64,000 nucleotides of DNA from Spirochaetia bacterium (GTDB taxonomy: Bacteria > Spirochaetota > Spirochaetia > CAKZLE01): positions 960,001 through 1,024,000 of the forward strand of contig OY782041.1 of NCBI GenBank assembly GCA_963677595.1. The letters are read 5' to 3'. The notes beneath the pieces were generated by a model that was not told the DNA's origin, did not search any database, and worked only from the letters and a program-made list of their open reading frames with translations. Shown one piece after another: positions 49,458 to 59,521 of the stretch. Each line of letters starts with the position of its first letter. Within the stretch, counting starts at the first letter, position 1. The translations under genes and the position numbers were made by a program.

Positions 49458-50108
49458 CTACCAGAGCCTGTCGATCTCTGCCTTGAAAGCCCGTGCGACT
49501 GCCACTGGGTCAGGTGCGCCCGAGAGAGATCTGCCTGCGATGAAACACTTCACCGGGATTCCCTTGAAGTATTCAAGATCCTCAGGGTTGAGCCCTCCGG
49601 TAACGGAGATATTGAACCCCATCTCTGCCATCTTCCTGATCTTGTTCAGGTCGTTCTCTCCCCACTTCTGCCCGGCAAGCTCTGCATCCCGGCCCCGGTG
49701 GTAGATAGCCTGAGTCAGCCCGAGCTTCCGCCACTCGGCAGCATGCTCGAAGGTCCAGTCCCCGTAGAGCTCGACCTGGATGTCGCCGCCATGCTCGTCG
49801 GCTACCTTCTTGGCAGCTGCCATGGTCGCATAGGGGGCGGAGCAGATGACCGTCATCCAGGTAGCCCCCTTCTCGAAGACCTGCTTTGCCACGACTGTGC
49901 CGGCATCGGCAGCCTTGAGGTCAGCAAGTACGATCTTCTCAGGGTAGAGAGCCCGAAGGGTCTCCACTACCCGGGGAGCCCCTTCCGCGTAACAGAGGAT
50001 CGTCCCTCCCTCCAGTACATCGACCTCATCAGCCAGGACCCTCGTGGTCTCCAGGGCTTCTGCCAGACTCAGGTGGTCCAGCGCTACCTGCAGCAATGGT
50101 TTACTCAT
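49458..50108 (-). CDS. ulaD: 3-keto-L-gulonate-6-phosphate decarboxylase
   Basis: LQVALD, E.GTIL..AEG, AD.K.ADAG, YHRGRD. Confidence 0.95.
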   Translation of the reverse strand: MSKPLLQVALDHLSLAEALETTRVLADEVDVLEGGTILCYAEGAPRVVETLRALYPEKIVLADLKAADAGTVVAKQVFEKGATWMTVICSAPYATMAAAKKVADEHGGDIQVELYGDWTFEHAAEWRKLGLTQAIYHRGRDAELAGQKWGENDLNKIRKMAEMGFNISVTGGLNPEDLEYFKGIPVKCFIAGRSLSGAPDPVAVARAFKAEIDRLW

Positions 50109-50317
50109 ATTCTCCCTCCTTGAACGTCACATAGTGAAATGTTCTATCAGTTCGTTTTTATGCTTTTTTATGTTCTATGAGTGTAATAGTAGAGCGATAT
50201 CATCCATTTGTAAAGATAATAATGTTTCTTTTGTTCTTTTTTTATGTTTTTTTTGTTGACAAATGAACAGGGCGGGTGTTTAATAGAATTATAAGCAACT
50301 GACATCAGGAGTGATGA

Positions 50318-51382
50318 ATGAAGAAGATAGATACCATAACACGGGAATCCTGGATCCTGTCGACCTTCCCGGAATGGGGCACCTGGCTCAACGAGGAGAT
50401 CGAGGAGACGGTCGTGGCACCCGGGACATTCTCCATGTGGTGGCTCGGCTGTACCGGCCTGTGGGTGAAGAGTGAGGGCAATGCCAACATCTGCATCGAC
50501 CTCTGGACCAAGACCGGGAAGAAGTCACAGAAAGACAAGCTCATGAAGCAGCAGCACCAGCACCAGAGAATGATCGGCTGCGTGGCACTGCAGCCGAACC
50601 TGCGGAACGTCCCCTGCGTGATAGACCCCTTCGCGATCAGGGAAGTGGACGCGATCCTCGCGACCCATGACCATGGCGACCATATAGACGAGAACGTGGC
50701 AGCGGCAGTCCTGCAGAACTGCGATGCTTCCGTCCCCTTCATCGGGCCGCAGGCCTGTGTGGACCTCTGGGTTTCCTGGGGAGTACCCGAGGAGCGATGC
50801 ATCGCCATGAAGCCCGGCGATTCGGTCACGATCAAGGATACCACCATCAAGGCCCTTGACTCCTTTGACCGCACCGAGCTCGTGACCGCACCGAAAGGCG
50901 TCACGCTGAAAGGCAAGATGCCCCAGGAGATGGACCGGCTGGCAGTCAACTATTACATAACGACCCCGGGAGGTTCTCTCTACCACAGCGGTGACTCCCA
51001 CTACTCCAATTATTATGCCAAGCACGGCAACGAGCACAAGATCGATGTGGCCCTCGGTTCTTTCGGCGAGAATCCGAGAGGCATGACTGACAAGATGACA
51101 GCTGTCGATATCCTCAGGATGGCAGAATGTCTCAATGCGAAAGTGGTAATCCCCATCCACCATGACATCTGGACGAACTTCCAGGCGGACCCGAAAGAGA
51201 TCCAGGTCCTCTGGGAGATGAAGAGGCACCGCCTCCAGTACGGGTTCAAACCCTTCATCTGGCAGGTCGGGGGGAAGTTCACCTGGCCGGACGACAAGGA
51301 CAGGATGGAATACAACTACGCCAGGGGCTTCGATGACGCATTCGCCATCGAGCCGGACCTGCCGTTCAAGTCCATGCTGTAG
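50318..51382 (+). CDS. ulaG: L-ascorbate-6-phosphate lactonase
   Basis: [36 protein letters not shown]. Confidence 0.95.
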   Translation: MKKIDTITRESWILSTFPEWGTWLNEEIEETVVAPGTFSMWWLGCTGLWVKSEGNANICIDLWTKTGKKSQKDKLMKQQHQHQRMIGCVALQPNLRNVPCVIDPFAIREVDAILATHDHGDHIDENVAAAVLQNCDASVPFIGPQACVDLWVSWGVPEERCIAMKPGDSVTIKDTTIKALDSFDRTELVTAPKGVTLKGKMPQEMDRLAVNYYITTPGGSLYHSGDSHYSNYYAKHGNEHKIDVALGSFGENPRGMTDKMTAVDILRMAECLNAKVVIPIHHDIWTNFQADPKEIQVLWEMKRHRLQYGFKPFIWQVGGKFTWPDDKDRMEYNYARGFDDAFAIEPDLPFKSML

Positions 51383-51461
51383 GAATGCGGCATGCATGAA
51401 GAGGATTTACAATTTCATGAGATGGAATGTGAGTAAATACAGAGAGGAAAAGGAGAGAATT

Positions 51462-52433
51462 ATGAAGAAGAAGATTTTGTTGGCGTTAGTATTGGTACTC
51501 GCTGCATCGTTCAGCCTGATGGCTGCCGGGTCCCAGGAACAGGAAGAACAGCCGGCGTATCCGAAGAAGGATATCCAGTTCATCGTACCATTCCCGATCG
51601 GGGGATCCACAGGTACCCCTGCGCAGATCCTCATCAACTACCTTGATAAGGAATTCCCTGATGTAGATGTCGTCCTGAGTCAGATCACCGGTGCCGGCGG
51701 TTCTGTCGGTGCACGGTCAGTCATGGGTGAGAAACCTGACGGGTATACCTTCCTCATTGCTGTCCCGGGCTTCAGCGTCCAGAAGGTCCTGGCTGACCTT
51801 GACTTCACCTTCAGGGATTTCGAGCAGGTAGCAGCATACGGAAGCGCAGAGCAGGTGCTCGTCGTCCGTGGCAACTCGGACTACAAGAGCTTCGATGACC
51901 TGCTGGCTGCAGCCAAGAAGAACCCCGGCAAGCTCAACGTAGGGGCTCCTACCGGTACATCACTGCAGATGGCTACCCTTGCGATCGAGGCAGAGATGGG
52001 CGTTGACTTTAACATCGTCGATATCGGCGGCGTCTCAGTCAAGCCACCAGAGCTGCTCAGTGGAAGGGTCGAGGCGTACATCGACTCAACCGCAAAGACC
52101 ATCCCCTACATCGAATCGGGTGATTTCCGGGCCGCAGGCCTCTGGGGCATTGAACGAAGCCCGTTCCTCCCCGACGTCGCTGCCCTGAATGAGTCAGGCT
52201 TCGATATGATGCTCGAAGAGGTACAGGGTGTATGGGCTCCGAAAGACACTCCTGAGTACATCCTCGAGGCTATGGCAGATGCGATCAAGACGGTCACCTC
52301 CAACCCTGAGTTCGTCAAGGAGTTCGAGGGCAAGGGCTTTACCAAGGTCTCGTACAAGGACCGTGCAAGCTATATCAAGTTCCTGGAAGAATATGAAGCA
52401 ACCTGTGTGGAAGTCGCAGAGAAACTGATGTAA
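51462..52433 (+). CDS. Tripartite tricarboxylate transporter substrate-binding protein (TctC/Bug)
   Basis: YPKKDI.FIVPF..GG, GAGG.VG, KPDGYT. Confidence 0.9.
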   Translation: MKKKILLALVLVLAASFSLMAAGSQEQEEQPAYPKKDIQFIVPFPIGGSTGTPAQILINYLDKEFPDVDVVLSQITGAGGSVGARSVMGEKPDGYTFLIAVPGFSVQKVLADLDFTFRDFEQVAAYGSAEQVLVVRGNSDYKSFDDLLAAAKKNPGKLNVGAPTGTSLQMATLAIEAEMGVDFNIVDIGGVSVKPPELLSGRVEAYIDSTAKTIPYIESGDFRAAGLWGIERSPFLPDVAALNESGFDMMLEEVQGVWAPKDTPEYILEAMADAIKTVTSNPEFVKEFEGKGFTKVSYKDRASYIKFLEEYEATCVEVAEKLM

Positions 52434-52447
52434 ATTATGAGAGGGTG

Positions 52448-52483
52448 ATGCAAAGCTTTGGCAGCAATACCAAAGCTTTGCAT
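52448..52483 (+). other. Intercistronic 14-bp stem-loop after tctC
   Basis: ATGCAAAGCTTTGG-N8-CCAAAGCTTTGCAT, no U-tract. Confidence 0.7.
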
Positions 52484-52500
52484 GCATCCAAGAGGTTATT

Positions 52501-52968
52501 ATGGAAATACTATTTCTGGGGATACTGTTCATCATCTCGGGTATCCTGTTCATTCAAACACTATCATATTCAGTCCCCTCGTATGACACGTCTGGAGGGC
52601 CTGCGTTGTTCCCGCAATACATCCTGATTCTCATGATGATCTCTATTGTGGTACTGATCATCCAGCTGCTTAAGAACAAGTCAGGCAAGGAGTTCGTCTT
52701 CCTGAATCTCTTCAGAGGCCTGCGGGGGATGTTCCTCCTGACTATCGTGCTGTATCTCATTGCCTTGAAGTTCTTCGGGTTCTTCATTGCCACCGCGATA
52801 TTCCTGGTATTCACCGTAAATTATCTTACGAATGAGTATACGTCATCCATCGGCACCGTGAAGCAGGTCATCATCCGGTCTGTCTTCCTGGTCGCATTCA
52901 CTGCTGCAATCTATTTCCTCTTCGGAGATATCTTCAAGATCATGCTGCCGAAAGCTTCGCTATTCTAG
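52501..52968 (+). CDS. TctB-family small membrane subunit
   Basis: GPALFP, GF...T, F...LP. Confidence 0.88.
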   Translation: MEILFLGILFIISGILFIQTLSYSVPSYDTSGGPALFPQYILILMMISIVVLIIQLLKNKSGKEFVFLNLFRGLRGMFLLTIVLYLIALKFFGFFIATAIFLVFTVNYLTNEYTSSIGTVKQVIIRSVFLVAFTAAIYFLFGDIFKIMLPKASLF

Positions 52969-52986
52969 ACGGCATCGAGGTGTAAA

Positions 52987-54492
52987 ATGATTGATATTTT
53001 ATTAAGTGTTATAAATCCTTTGACAATACTTGTGATGGCTGCCGGGGTAGCATACGGGATTATCTTCGGGGCAATCCCGGGTCTCTCCTCCAGTGTGGCT
53101 GTTGCCTTGATCATACCATTGACCTACGGGTTCGATTCCCTGCTGGCGATCTCATTGATGGTTGCCGTATACGTAGGCGGGGTATCAGGGGGGCTGATCT
53201 CAGCTATTCTCCTGAGAATCCCGGGCACCCCGTCTTCCATCGTGACGACGTTCGACGGGTACCCTCTCGGCCAGCAGGGGAAAGCCGGCCAGGCCATAGG
53301 CTTAGCTATCTTCTCATCTGTGATCGGCGGGCTTATCGGGGCATTCTTCCTCATAACCCTTTCTCCGCTCCTGGCGAAAGTCACCATCATCTTCAGCCCG
53401 TTCGACTATTTCGGCATCACCGTATTCTCGCTGAGTCTCGTCTGCATGCTGTTGGGTGAGAATGCTGTGAAGGGGCTGATCACCACACTGATCGGGCTGA
53501 CGTTATCGTTCTTCGGGACCAGCCCCATCGACGGCAAGCCGAGGTTCACCTTCGGGAACCACAACCTCGACAACGGTTTCAACGTGATCGTGGTCATCAT
53601 CGGAGTCTTTGCGATCTCCGAGATGCTGAACTCCGTCCTCAAGGGCGGGGATAAGAGCAAGGAGACCTCCTTCTCGAAGAAGCAGGGATTCTTCCCGTCC
53701 CTCTCAAAGATCAAGTTCCATGCAGTGAACATGGTCCGTTCCGGACTGATCGGGACGGCTTTAGGTATCCTTCCCGGTCTGAGCGGGCCGGAGGCTGCCC
53801 TGATCTCCTACTCGAGGGCACAGAAACGGTCCAAGGAACCCGAGAAGTTCGGCCATGGCAGTGAGGAGGGCCTCGTTGCATCCGAAGCATCGAACAATGC
53901 CGTCGCAGGGGGAGCTCTCATCCCTATGCTCGCTCTCGGTATCCCAGGAAACGCCGTTGCCGCCGTCATCATGGGAGGGTTCATCGTCCATGGGGTCCAG
54001 GTGGGACCGATGCTCTTCACCAACAGCCCCAACCTGGTCCGGGGGATCATGATCGCCTTCTTCGTCGCGAACATCCTGATGCTCCTCATCGAGTCCTTCG
54101 CGATCAAGGGATTCGTCAAGATCCTCTCCGTTCCCAAACAGTATCTCTATCCTATCATCATCATGTTCTGCGTCATCGGCGTCAACAGCGTGAACAACCG
54201 GTTCTTCGATGCGATCCTGATGCTGGGATTCGGGATCCTCGGGTACATCCTCGAGAAGAACAAGTATCCGCTCGGCCCACTGGTATTGGGCTTCATCCTT
54301 GGAAGCATCATCGAGCTGAACTACAGAAGGGCGATCATGTACCATGGGACCTTTGCCAATATCGTGACGAGTGAATTCACCATCGGGACGGTATTCATCA
54401 TCCTGGCAGCCATCCTGCTGTTCATGAACTTCGTCATGCCGATCATCAAAGGTGCGAACAAGAAGAAGACCGTATCAGATACGGAAAAATAA
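52987..54492 (+). CDS. TctA-family permease
   Basis: GAIPGL, IPGTPS, EASNNA, LGIPG. Confidence 0.93.
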   Translation: MIDILLSVINPLTILVMAAGVAYGIIFGAIPGLSSSVAVALIIPLTYGFDSLLAISLMVAVYVGGVSGGLISAILLRIPGTPSSIVTTFDGYPLGQQGKAGQAIGLAIFSSVIGGLIGAFFLITLSPLLAKVTIIFSPFDYFGITVFSLSLVCMLLGENAVKGLITTLIGLTLSFFGTSPIDGKPRFTFGNHNLDNGFNVIVVIIGVFAISEMLNSVLKGGDKSKETSFSKKQGFFPSLSKIKFHAVNMVRSGLIGTALGILPGLSGPEAALISYSRAQKRSKEPEKFGHGSEEGLVASEASNNAVAGGALIPMLALGIPGNAVAAVIMGGFIVHGVQVGPMLFTNSPNLVRGIMIAFFVANILMLLIESFAIKGFVKILSVPKQYLYPIIIMFCVIGVNSVNNRFFDAILMLGFGILGYILEKNKYPLGPLVLGFILGSIIELNYRRAIMYHGTFANIVTSEFTIGTVFIILAAILLFMNFVMPIIKGANKKKTVSDTEK

Positions 54493-54510
54493 TATAAAGG
54501 ATTTATCGTA

Positions 54511-56004
54511 ATGAAAGCCATACTGGTCATGATGGATAGTCTCAACAGGGAGTATCTTGAAACCTACAACGAAGACACACATGTGAAGTCACCGAACCTC
54601 CTGCAATTCTCGAAGGAGTCACGGGTCTTCACCAACCACTACATCGGTTCAGCACCCTGCATGCCGGCACGGCGGGACCTCCTCACCGGGAGACTCAACT
54701 TCCTGGAACGCGGATGGGGACCGGTCGAGGCATATGACACCACGATCAATTCCCTCATGAAGAAGAACAATATCTATTCTCATATCGTCTCCGATCATTG
54801 TCACTACATGGACCGGGGCGGAGAGAACTACCTGCAGGAATACAACACCTGGGACTACATCCGGGGGCAGGAGTATGACCCATGGGTCTCTCAGGTAACC
54901 CAGCCGGTGAAGGAGGACCACTATGGGGTCATCTTCACCCAGTACGAACTGAACAGGACTGCTTTCAAGACGGAGGAGGATTACCCTACCCCCAGGACGT
55001 TCACGGCTGCCTGCGAATGGCTAGAGAAGAACAAGGATGAAGATGACTTCTTCCTTCAGGTCGAGGTGTTCGACCCGCATGAACCCTTCGACACCCCCCA
55101 GAAATACCTCGATATGTACGACGACCACTATGACGGCCTGCGGTTCGACTGTTCTACCTACGATGCAGTCACCGAACCCGCAGATGCGATAGAGCACCTG
55201 CAGAAACGGTATTCTGCCAGTGTGACCATGACTGATGCCTGGTTCGGGAAGTTCATCGACAAGGTCAAGGAACTCGGGCTGTACGATGACACCATGATCA
55301 TCGTCACCACCGACCATGGCCACCTGCTGGGCGAACACGGGTTCACCGGCAAGAACTACATGCACGGCTATAACCGGCTCACGAACATCCCGAGCATGAT
55401 ACGCTTCCCCGGCATCGACAACTCCGGGCAGCGCGAGGATTGCCTCTCCCAGCTCATTGACCTCTCTGTGACCCTGCTCGATTACTTCAACATCGAGAAG
55501 ACTGAGACCATGCAGGGGGAATCCCTGATCCCGGTTCTCACTGGCGAGACAGATACAGCAAGAGAAGAGATCCTGTACGGCTGGTTCGGTGGGACCATCA
55601 ATGTCTACGACGGGAAGTATACCTACTTCAGGGCACCGAAGAGGGAAGACAACATGCCGCTCTACCACTACTGTTCCACGCCAACCACCCTGTTGAAGTT
55701 TCTTGGGCCCGATGTCGCAGATGAGATCGAGACGGGCAGGTACCTCCCCTACACGAACTTCCCGGTATACAAGATCCCGGGATACTTCCCGATCGGGGGG
55801 CATTTCAAGTCAACGAAGTACATCCGTGACACCCTGCTGTTCGACCGGGATTCCGATTACTACCAGGAGCACCCCATCAAGGATGAGGAGATCGAGAAAT
55901 CGATGGCCTCCAAGCTGGTCAAGCTGATGCTTGAGGCAGACTCCCCAGAAGAGCAGTTCGTCAGGGTCGGGCTGGAAGAGGAGCTTGCAGCCTACTCTGG
56001 ATAA
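54511..56004 (+). CDS. Formylglycine-dependent (Cys-type) sulfatase, cytoplasmic
   Basis: CMPARRDLLTG (CxPxR), DPHEP, TDHG..LGEH; no signal peptide. Confidence 0.93.
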   Translation: MKAILVMMDSLNREYLETYNEDTHVKSPNLLQFSKESRVFTNHYIGSAPCMPARRDLLTGRLNFLERGWGPVEAYDTTINSLMKKNNIYSHIVSDHCHYMDRGGENYLQEYNTWDYIRGQEYDPWVSQVTQPVKEDHYGVIFTQYELNRTAFKTEEDYPTPRTFTAACEWLEKNKDEDDFFLQVEVFDPHEPFDTPQKYLDMYDDHYDGLRFDCSTYDAVTEPADAIEHLQKRYSASVTMTDAWFGKFIDKVKELGLYDDTMIIVTTDHGHLLGEHGFTGKNYMHGYNRLTNIPSMIRFPGIDNSGQREDCLSQLIDLSVTLLDYFNIEKTETMQGESLIPVLTGETDTAREEILYGWFGGTINVYDGKYTYFRAPKREDNMPLYHYCSTPTTLLKFLGPDVADEIETGRYLPYTNFPVYKIPGYFPIGGHFKSTKYIRDTLLFDRDSDYYQEHPIKDEEIEKSMASKLVKLMLEADSPEEQFVRVGLEEELAAYSG

Positions 56005-56024
56005 CCCCTACGATATGGTCTAGT

Positions 56025-56058
56025 AAGAACCCCCCGGGTGCATAACCCGGTGGTTCTT
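56025..56058. terminator. Hairpin between convergent operons
   Basis: AAGAACC..CCGGGT/ACCCGG..GGTTCTT. Confidence 0.5.
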
Positions 56059-56089
56059 TCGGTAAGCCGACAATCTTCGGAAGGTGTAT

Positions 56090-57127
56090 TCAGAACAGCT
56101 GCACTGCTGATGTCTTGAAAACGGCGAAGACTCTGGCTCCCTTAGCAAGTTGCATCTGCTCGAACGAGCGTTCTGTTACGACAGCCTTCAGGGAGATCCC
56201 GGCAGGGGATCCGCACTCCACATGGAGCAGCACTCCCCGATCTCCTAGATGATTGACCTTAGCAATAATACCGCTGAAGCTGTTCATGGCACTGCTCTCA
56301 AGCGGCTGGCTCGACAGGATGATATCACTGCTGCGTACCACTGCAGTCGTGACCGTCTCAGGAGCATGGACCACTTTCAAGTCGATCGGGGGATCAGTCC
56401 CCTCAACCTGAAAGTAACTGAAATACTCATCTCGCTTCCATATCTTTCCCCGGAATCCCGAATAATCCATAGGAACCGACTTCCCATGCTCCATATGCCA
56501 GATGACGTCGGCAAGCCTGAAGGCGAATTCCTTGTTATGGGTGGCGATGATGACAGCCTTACCCTGATGCTTCAACTGCAGGACCTGCTTCTCCAGCTGG
56601 AGAATGCTTTTCTCATCAAGGTGCGCAGTCGGTTCATCCAACAGGATGATCTCTCGGTCAGCAAGCAGTGCACCGGCTATAGCCACCCGCTTCTTTTCCC
56701 CCCCTGAGAGTTTATGTACTGAACGTCCACTGAGCTCTGCCAGCCTCATCTCAGAGAGGACTACAGTGATCCGTTCATTGAGCCCTGTCTTGCCCCCGGT
56801 TTGCTTCCTGAGCCCGGGAAGGAGCTTTGCAAGGCTCTGCTCGACCGTCCCGGTCAGGAGGTAGGGGCTCTGGTGAATATAGAGGAGGTCATCAGGCCAG
56901 GAGACCTGCCGGTCCCCAGCCTCGGTATGTACGGTTATGGTCCCGCTGCCGACCTCCAGGATCCCGGCTAGGAGCTTCAAGAGGGTCGTCTTCCCCGTTC
57001 CATTTGCCCCGAGCAGGACAGAGACCTGGCTGGAGTGGAACTCCATCGCGGGGATATCGACCACAGGATTCTCTACCTGGTAGGAGAATGTGACTGCATC
57101 TACTCGCAAGATGAATTCATCGTTCAT
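56090..57127 (-). CDS. tupC: Tungstate ABC transporter ATPase with C-terminal TOBE domain
   Basis: GANGTGKT, LSGGE, DEPT, TOBE-like C-terminus; operon context. Confidence 0.85.
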   Translation of the reverse strand: MNDEFILRVDAVTFSYQVENPVVDIPAMEFHSSQVSVLLGANGTGKTTLLKLLAGILEVGSGTITVHTEAGDRQVSWPDDLLYIHQSPYLLTGTVEQSLAKLLPGLRKQTGGKTGLNERITVVLSEMRLAELSGRSVHKLSGGEKKRVAIAGALLADREIILLDEPTAHLDEKSILQLEKQVLQLKHQGKAVIIATHNKEFAFRLADVIWHMEHGKSVPMDYSGFRGKIWKRDEYFSYFQVEGTDPPIDLKVVHAPETVTTAVVRSSDIILSSQPLESSAMNSFSGIIAKVNHLGDRGVLLHVECGSPAGISLKAVVTERSFEQMQLAKGARVFAVFKTSAVQLF

Positions 57128-57800
57128 GCTTCACCCCGGCGTTGAGCAGGATATTGATTCCGAGGGAGATGATGATCAGCACGATACCGAGGGCAAGTCC
57201 CTGCTCGAAATTTCCCTTACTGGTCTCAAGTGCTATGGATGTGGTGATCGTTCGGGTATACCACCGAATATTCCCCCCGAGCATCATGGATACCCCGACC
57301 TCCCCGATCACCCGGCCGAACCCGGAGACCACTGCCAGCAGGATCTGCAGGCGTACCTCCCGCATGATGATGCTGAATCGTCTGATACCGGAGATCCGGT
57401 ACGTACGGAGCGTCTCAGACAGGGTGGGATCGATGGACTGGATCACACTCGTCGTCATTGAGGTGATGATTGGGATGATCAGGATGGTCTGGCCGATGAT
57501 GATGGCAGCAGGACTGAAGAGCAGTCCCAAGCTGCCGAACACGCCAGATCGAGAGAGGAATGAGTAGACGAAGAGTCCGACGACGACCGTAGGTATTGCC
57601 ATCAGGCTTCTCATCACAACCTGCAGCCACCTGGCTGCACGACGGTGCGAGAACCCCAGCAGGATACCCAGCGGTATGGAGAGCATGGAGGCCAGGATCG
57701 TCGAGATCCCGGCCAGACGAACTGAGACTGATACTATCAGGTAGATCTCATGGTCGAATGAGAAGAGTAACTCCAGGGCGTGTCCCAGTGCTGAATCCAT
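57117..57800 (-). CDS. tupB: Tungstate ABC transporter permease
   Basis: PTVVVGL..Y..LSRSG, GR.I.EVG..M.LGGNI...TRT.TT.IALETSKG. Confidence 0.92.
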   Translation of the reverse strand: MDSALGHALELLFSFDHEIYLIVSVSVRLAGISTILASMLSIPLGILLGFSHRRAARWLQVVMRSLMAIPTVVVGLFVYSFLSRSGVFGSLGLLFSPAAIIIGQTILIIPIITSMTTSVIQSIDPTLSETLRTYRISGIRRFSIIMREVRLQILLAVVSGFGRVIGEVGVSMMLGGNIRWYTRTITTSIALETSKGNFEQGLALGIVLIIISLGINILLNAGVKHER

Positions 57801-57813
57801 GCCGTCCTACAGG

Positions 57814-58683
57814 TTATTTCAATTGTGATGCTGCAATCGCATCAGGATAGAAGAGTTGCTCTCCTCCCTTGGTGAAATCCTTGATAGCCTGCTGTCCCGT
57901 GATGGACGTGAAGAAGGCAACAAGCTGCATGGCTGCTTCATACTTCACGTGGGGATATACCGATGGATTCACCGCGATGATCCCGTACGGGTTGAAGAGT
58001 CTGGAATCACCCTCGACCACGACGGAAAGATCGATAGAATCCTTCATAGCAATATAGGTCCCGCGGTCAGCGATGGTATAGCCCTGCATGTCATCGGTCA
58101 TGGTGATGACCGCACCCATGCCCTGTCCTGCTTCTCGGTACCAGGCGCCTTCCGGCTTGATCGATACCGAGTCCCAAAGCGAGAGTTCCTTGACATGCGT
58201 ACCTGAGTTGTCTCCGCGAGAGACAAAGATACTCTTTGTCGAAGCAACCTTCTTCAGAGCTTCACCGGCATCAGCCATCCCCTTGATACCGGCAGGATCA
58301 CTTGCCGGACCGAGGATGATGAAGTCATTATGCATGACATCTCGACGGTTCACCCCGTAGCCGTCAGCGACGAAGGCATCCTCGAGCGTCCGGGCATGAA
58401 CGAGGATGATATCGACGTCCCCCTTCGCACCAAGTGCGATTGCGTTACCGGTACCGGCCGCGATGACATCCACACCGATCCCTGTCTGCTCCTCAAAGAT
58501 AGGCAGAACTGCGCCAAACAGTCCGGAGTTGTCGGTACTGGTGGTGGAAGCTAAGAGGATTCGCACCTGTTCGGTCGAATTTGCAGTTGCCGGCTGTTCT
58601 GATTGTCCCTCTGCTGTGATCAACATCGCAGAGAACAGGATGGCGACCCCTATCAATAGGGTCTTCTTGATAATTGAGTTCAT
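57814..58683 (-). CDS. tupA: Tungstate ABC transporter substrate-binding protein
   Basis: STTSTDNSGL, GTG.A, SRGD.SGTH, DRGT. Confidence 0.95.
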   Translation of the reverse strand: MNSIIKKTLLIGVAILFSAMLITAEGQSEQPATANSTEQVRILLASTTSTDNSGLFGAVLPIFEEQTGIGVDVIAAGTGNAIALGAKGDVDIILVHARTLEDAFVADGYGVNRRDVMHNDFIILGPASDPAGIKGMADAGEALKKVASTKSIFVSRGDNSGTHVKELSLWDSVSIKPEGAWYREAGQGMGAVITMTDDMQGYTIADRGTYIAMKDSIDLSVVVEGDSRLFNPYGIIAVNPSVYPHVKYEAAMQLVAFFTSITGQQAIKDFTKGGEQLFYPDAIAASQLK

Positions 58684-58684
58684 G

Positions 58685-58785
58685 GTGTCTCCTTTTCAAT
58701 GGTGGAAGGGCCCGCCGTTTCCCGCTGACCCCTGTCGGCCTCATGCCCTACCCTGGTGCTTAGGCATTTCGGCTCGGATACACAT
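58685..58785 (-). ncRNA. Moco/Wco (tungsten cofactor) riboswitch, P3-less variant
   Basis: Minus strand TCCGAG..CCTAAG..GGCC-GAC-AGGG..GAAAC..CCCTTCC..GAAAAGGAG; P1 pairs over the tupA RBS. Confidence 0.8.
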
Positions 58786-58885
58786 TTGTATTGTACAGAC
58801 ATACGCCTGCCACCCGTATCATACCCTCAGAATGCTTATTTTGACAACAGATAACTTACAAAAAAATTATGAATTATCTGAATAC

Positions 58886-59518
58886 TCAAACCCTTCCCAG
58901 CTTGCTGCGGGCATACTGTTCCATGGCCTCCAGGTCGGGAAAGCCCATGGAACGGGCTGTCTCTGCCAGGACCAATTCCGGGTAATTTTTCCCCTGTACA
59001 TCGAGCTCTAACAGAAACTGCCTGTAGGCTTCAAGCAGCTCGACGGGGTAGGTCATGAGTTCGCCCCTTAGGTAGGTCTCTACTGAGGTGCTGTCTTTCG
59101 TGTCCTCTGTGCTCTCCCGGGCTCTACCGAATACTTCGATCGCGGGATACTTCGCATCGAGTTCCTTCTTCCACCTGATATGGAGCCGGATGCATACCTC
59201 GACGAGCTCCTCGGCTTCCGGGCTGACTGCCGGCAGCTGAGATTCCATCGCAGCATACTCCTCCGGGTAGGTGAACTTCATCATGTAGGCATACTTCTCC
59301 GTGATGATGTTCCTGCCGGAATCCTTTGCTTCTGCAGCAAACGCAAGATACCGGGAGAGAAGGTCTAGAGGCCAAGGAGCGAACTGGCTCCTCCTCATGA
59401 CCTCGAACCCAGGCCTGTCACTCTGGCAGGAGGGATCCGGGGTGAGCGATTTCACTTCAGAGAACATCTCCCACTCAACTCCCACGATCTTGCTGATTAC
59501 TTCTTCTCTCTCGTCCAT
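58886..59518 (-). CDS. DUF4125 family protein
   Basis: EWEMF, CQ, MR.SQF, GRN.ITEKY..MM, TS.ETYLRGEL.TY. Confidence 0.88.
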   Translation of the reverse strand: MDEREEVISKIVGVEWEMFSEVKSLTPDPSCQSDRPGFEVMRRSQFAPWPLDLLSRYLAFAAEAKDSGRNIITEKYAYMMKFTYPEEYAAMESQLPAVSPEAEELVEVCIRLHIRWKKELDAKYPAIEVFGRARESTEDTKDSTSVETYLRGELMTYPVELLEAYRQFLLELDVQGKNYPELVLAETARSMGFPDLEAMEQYARSKLGRV

Positions 59519-59521
59519 ACC

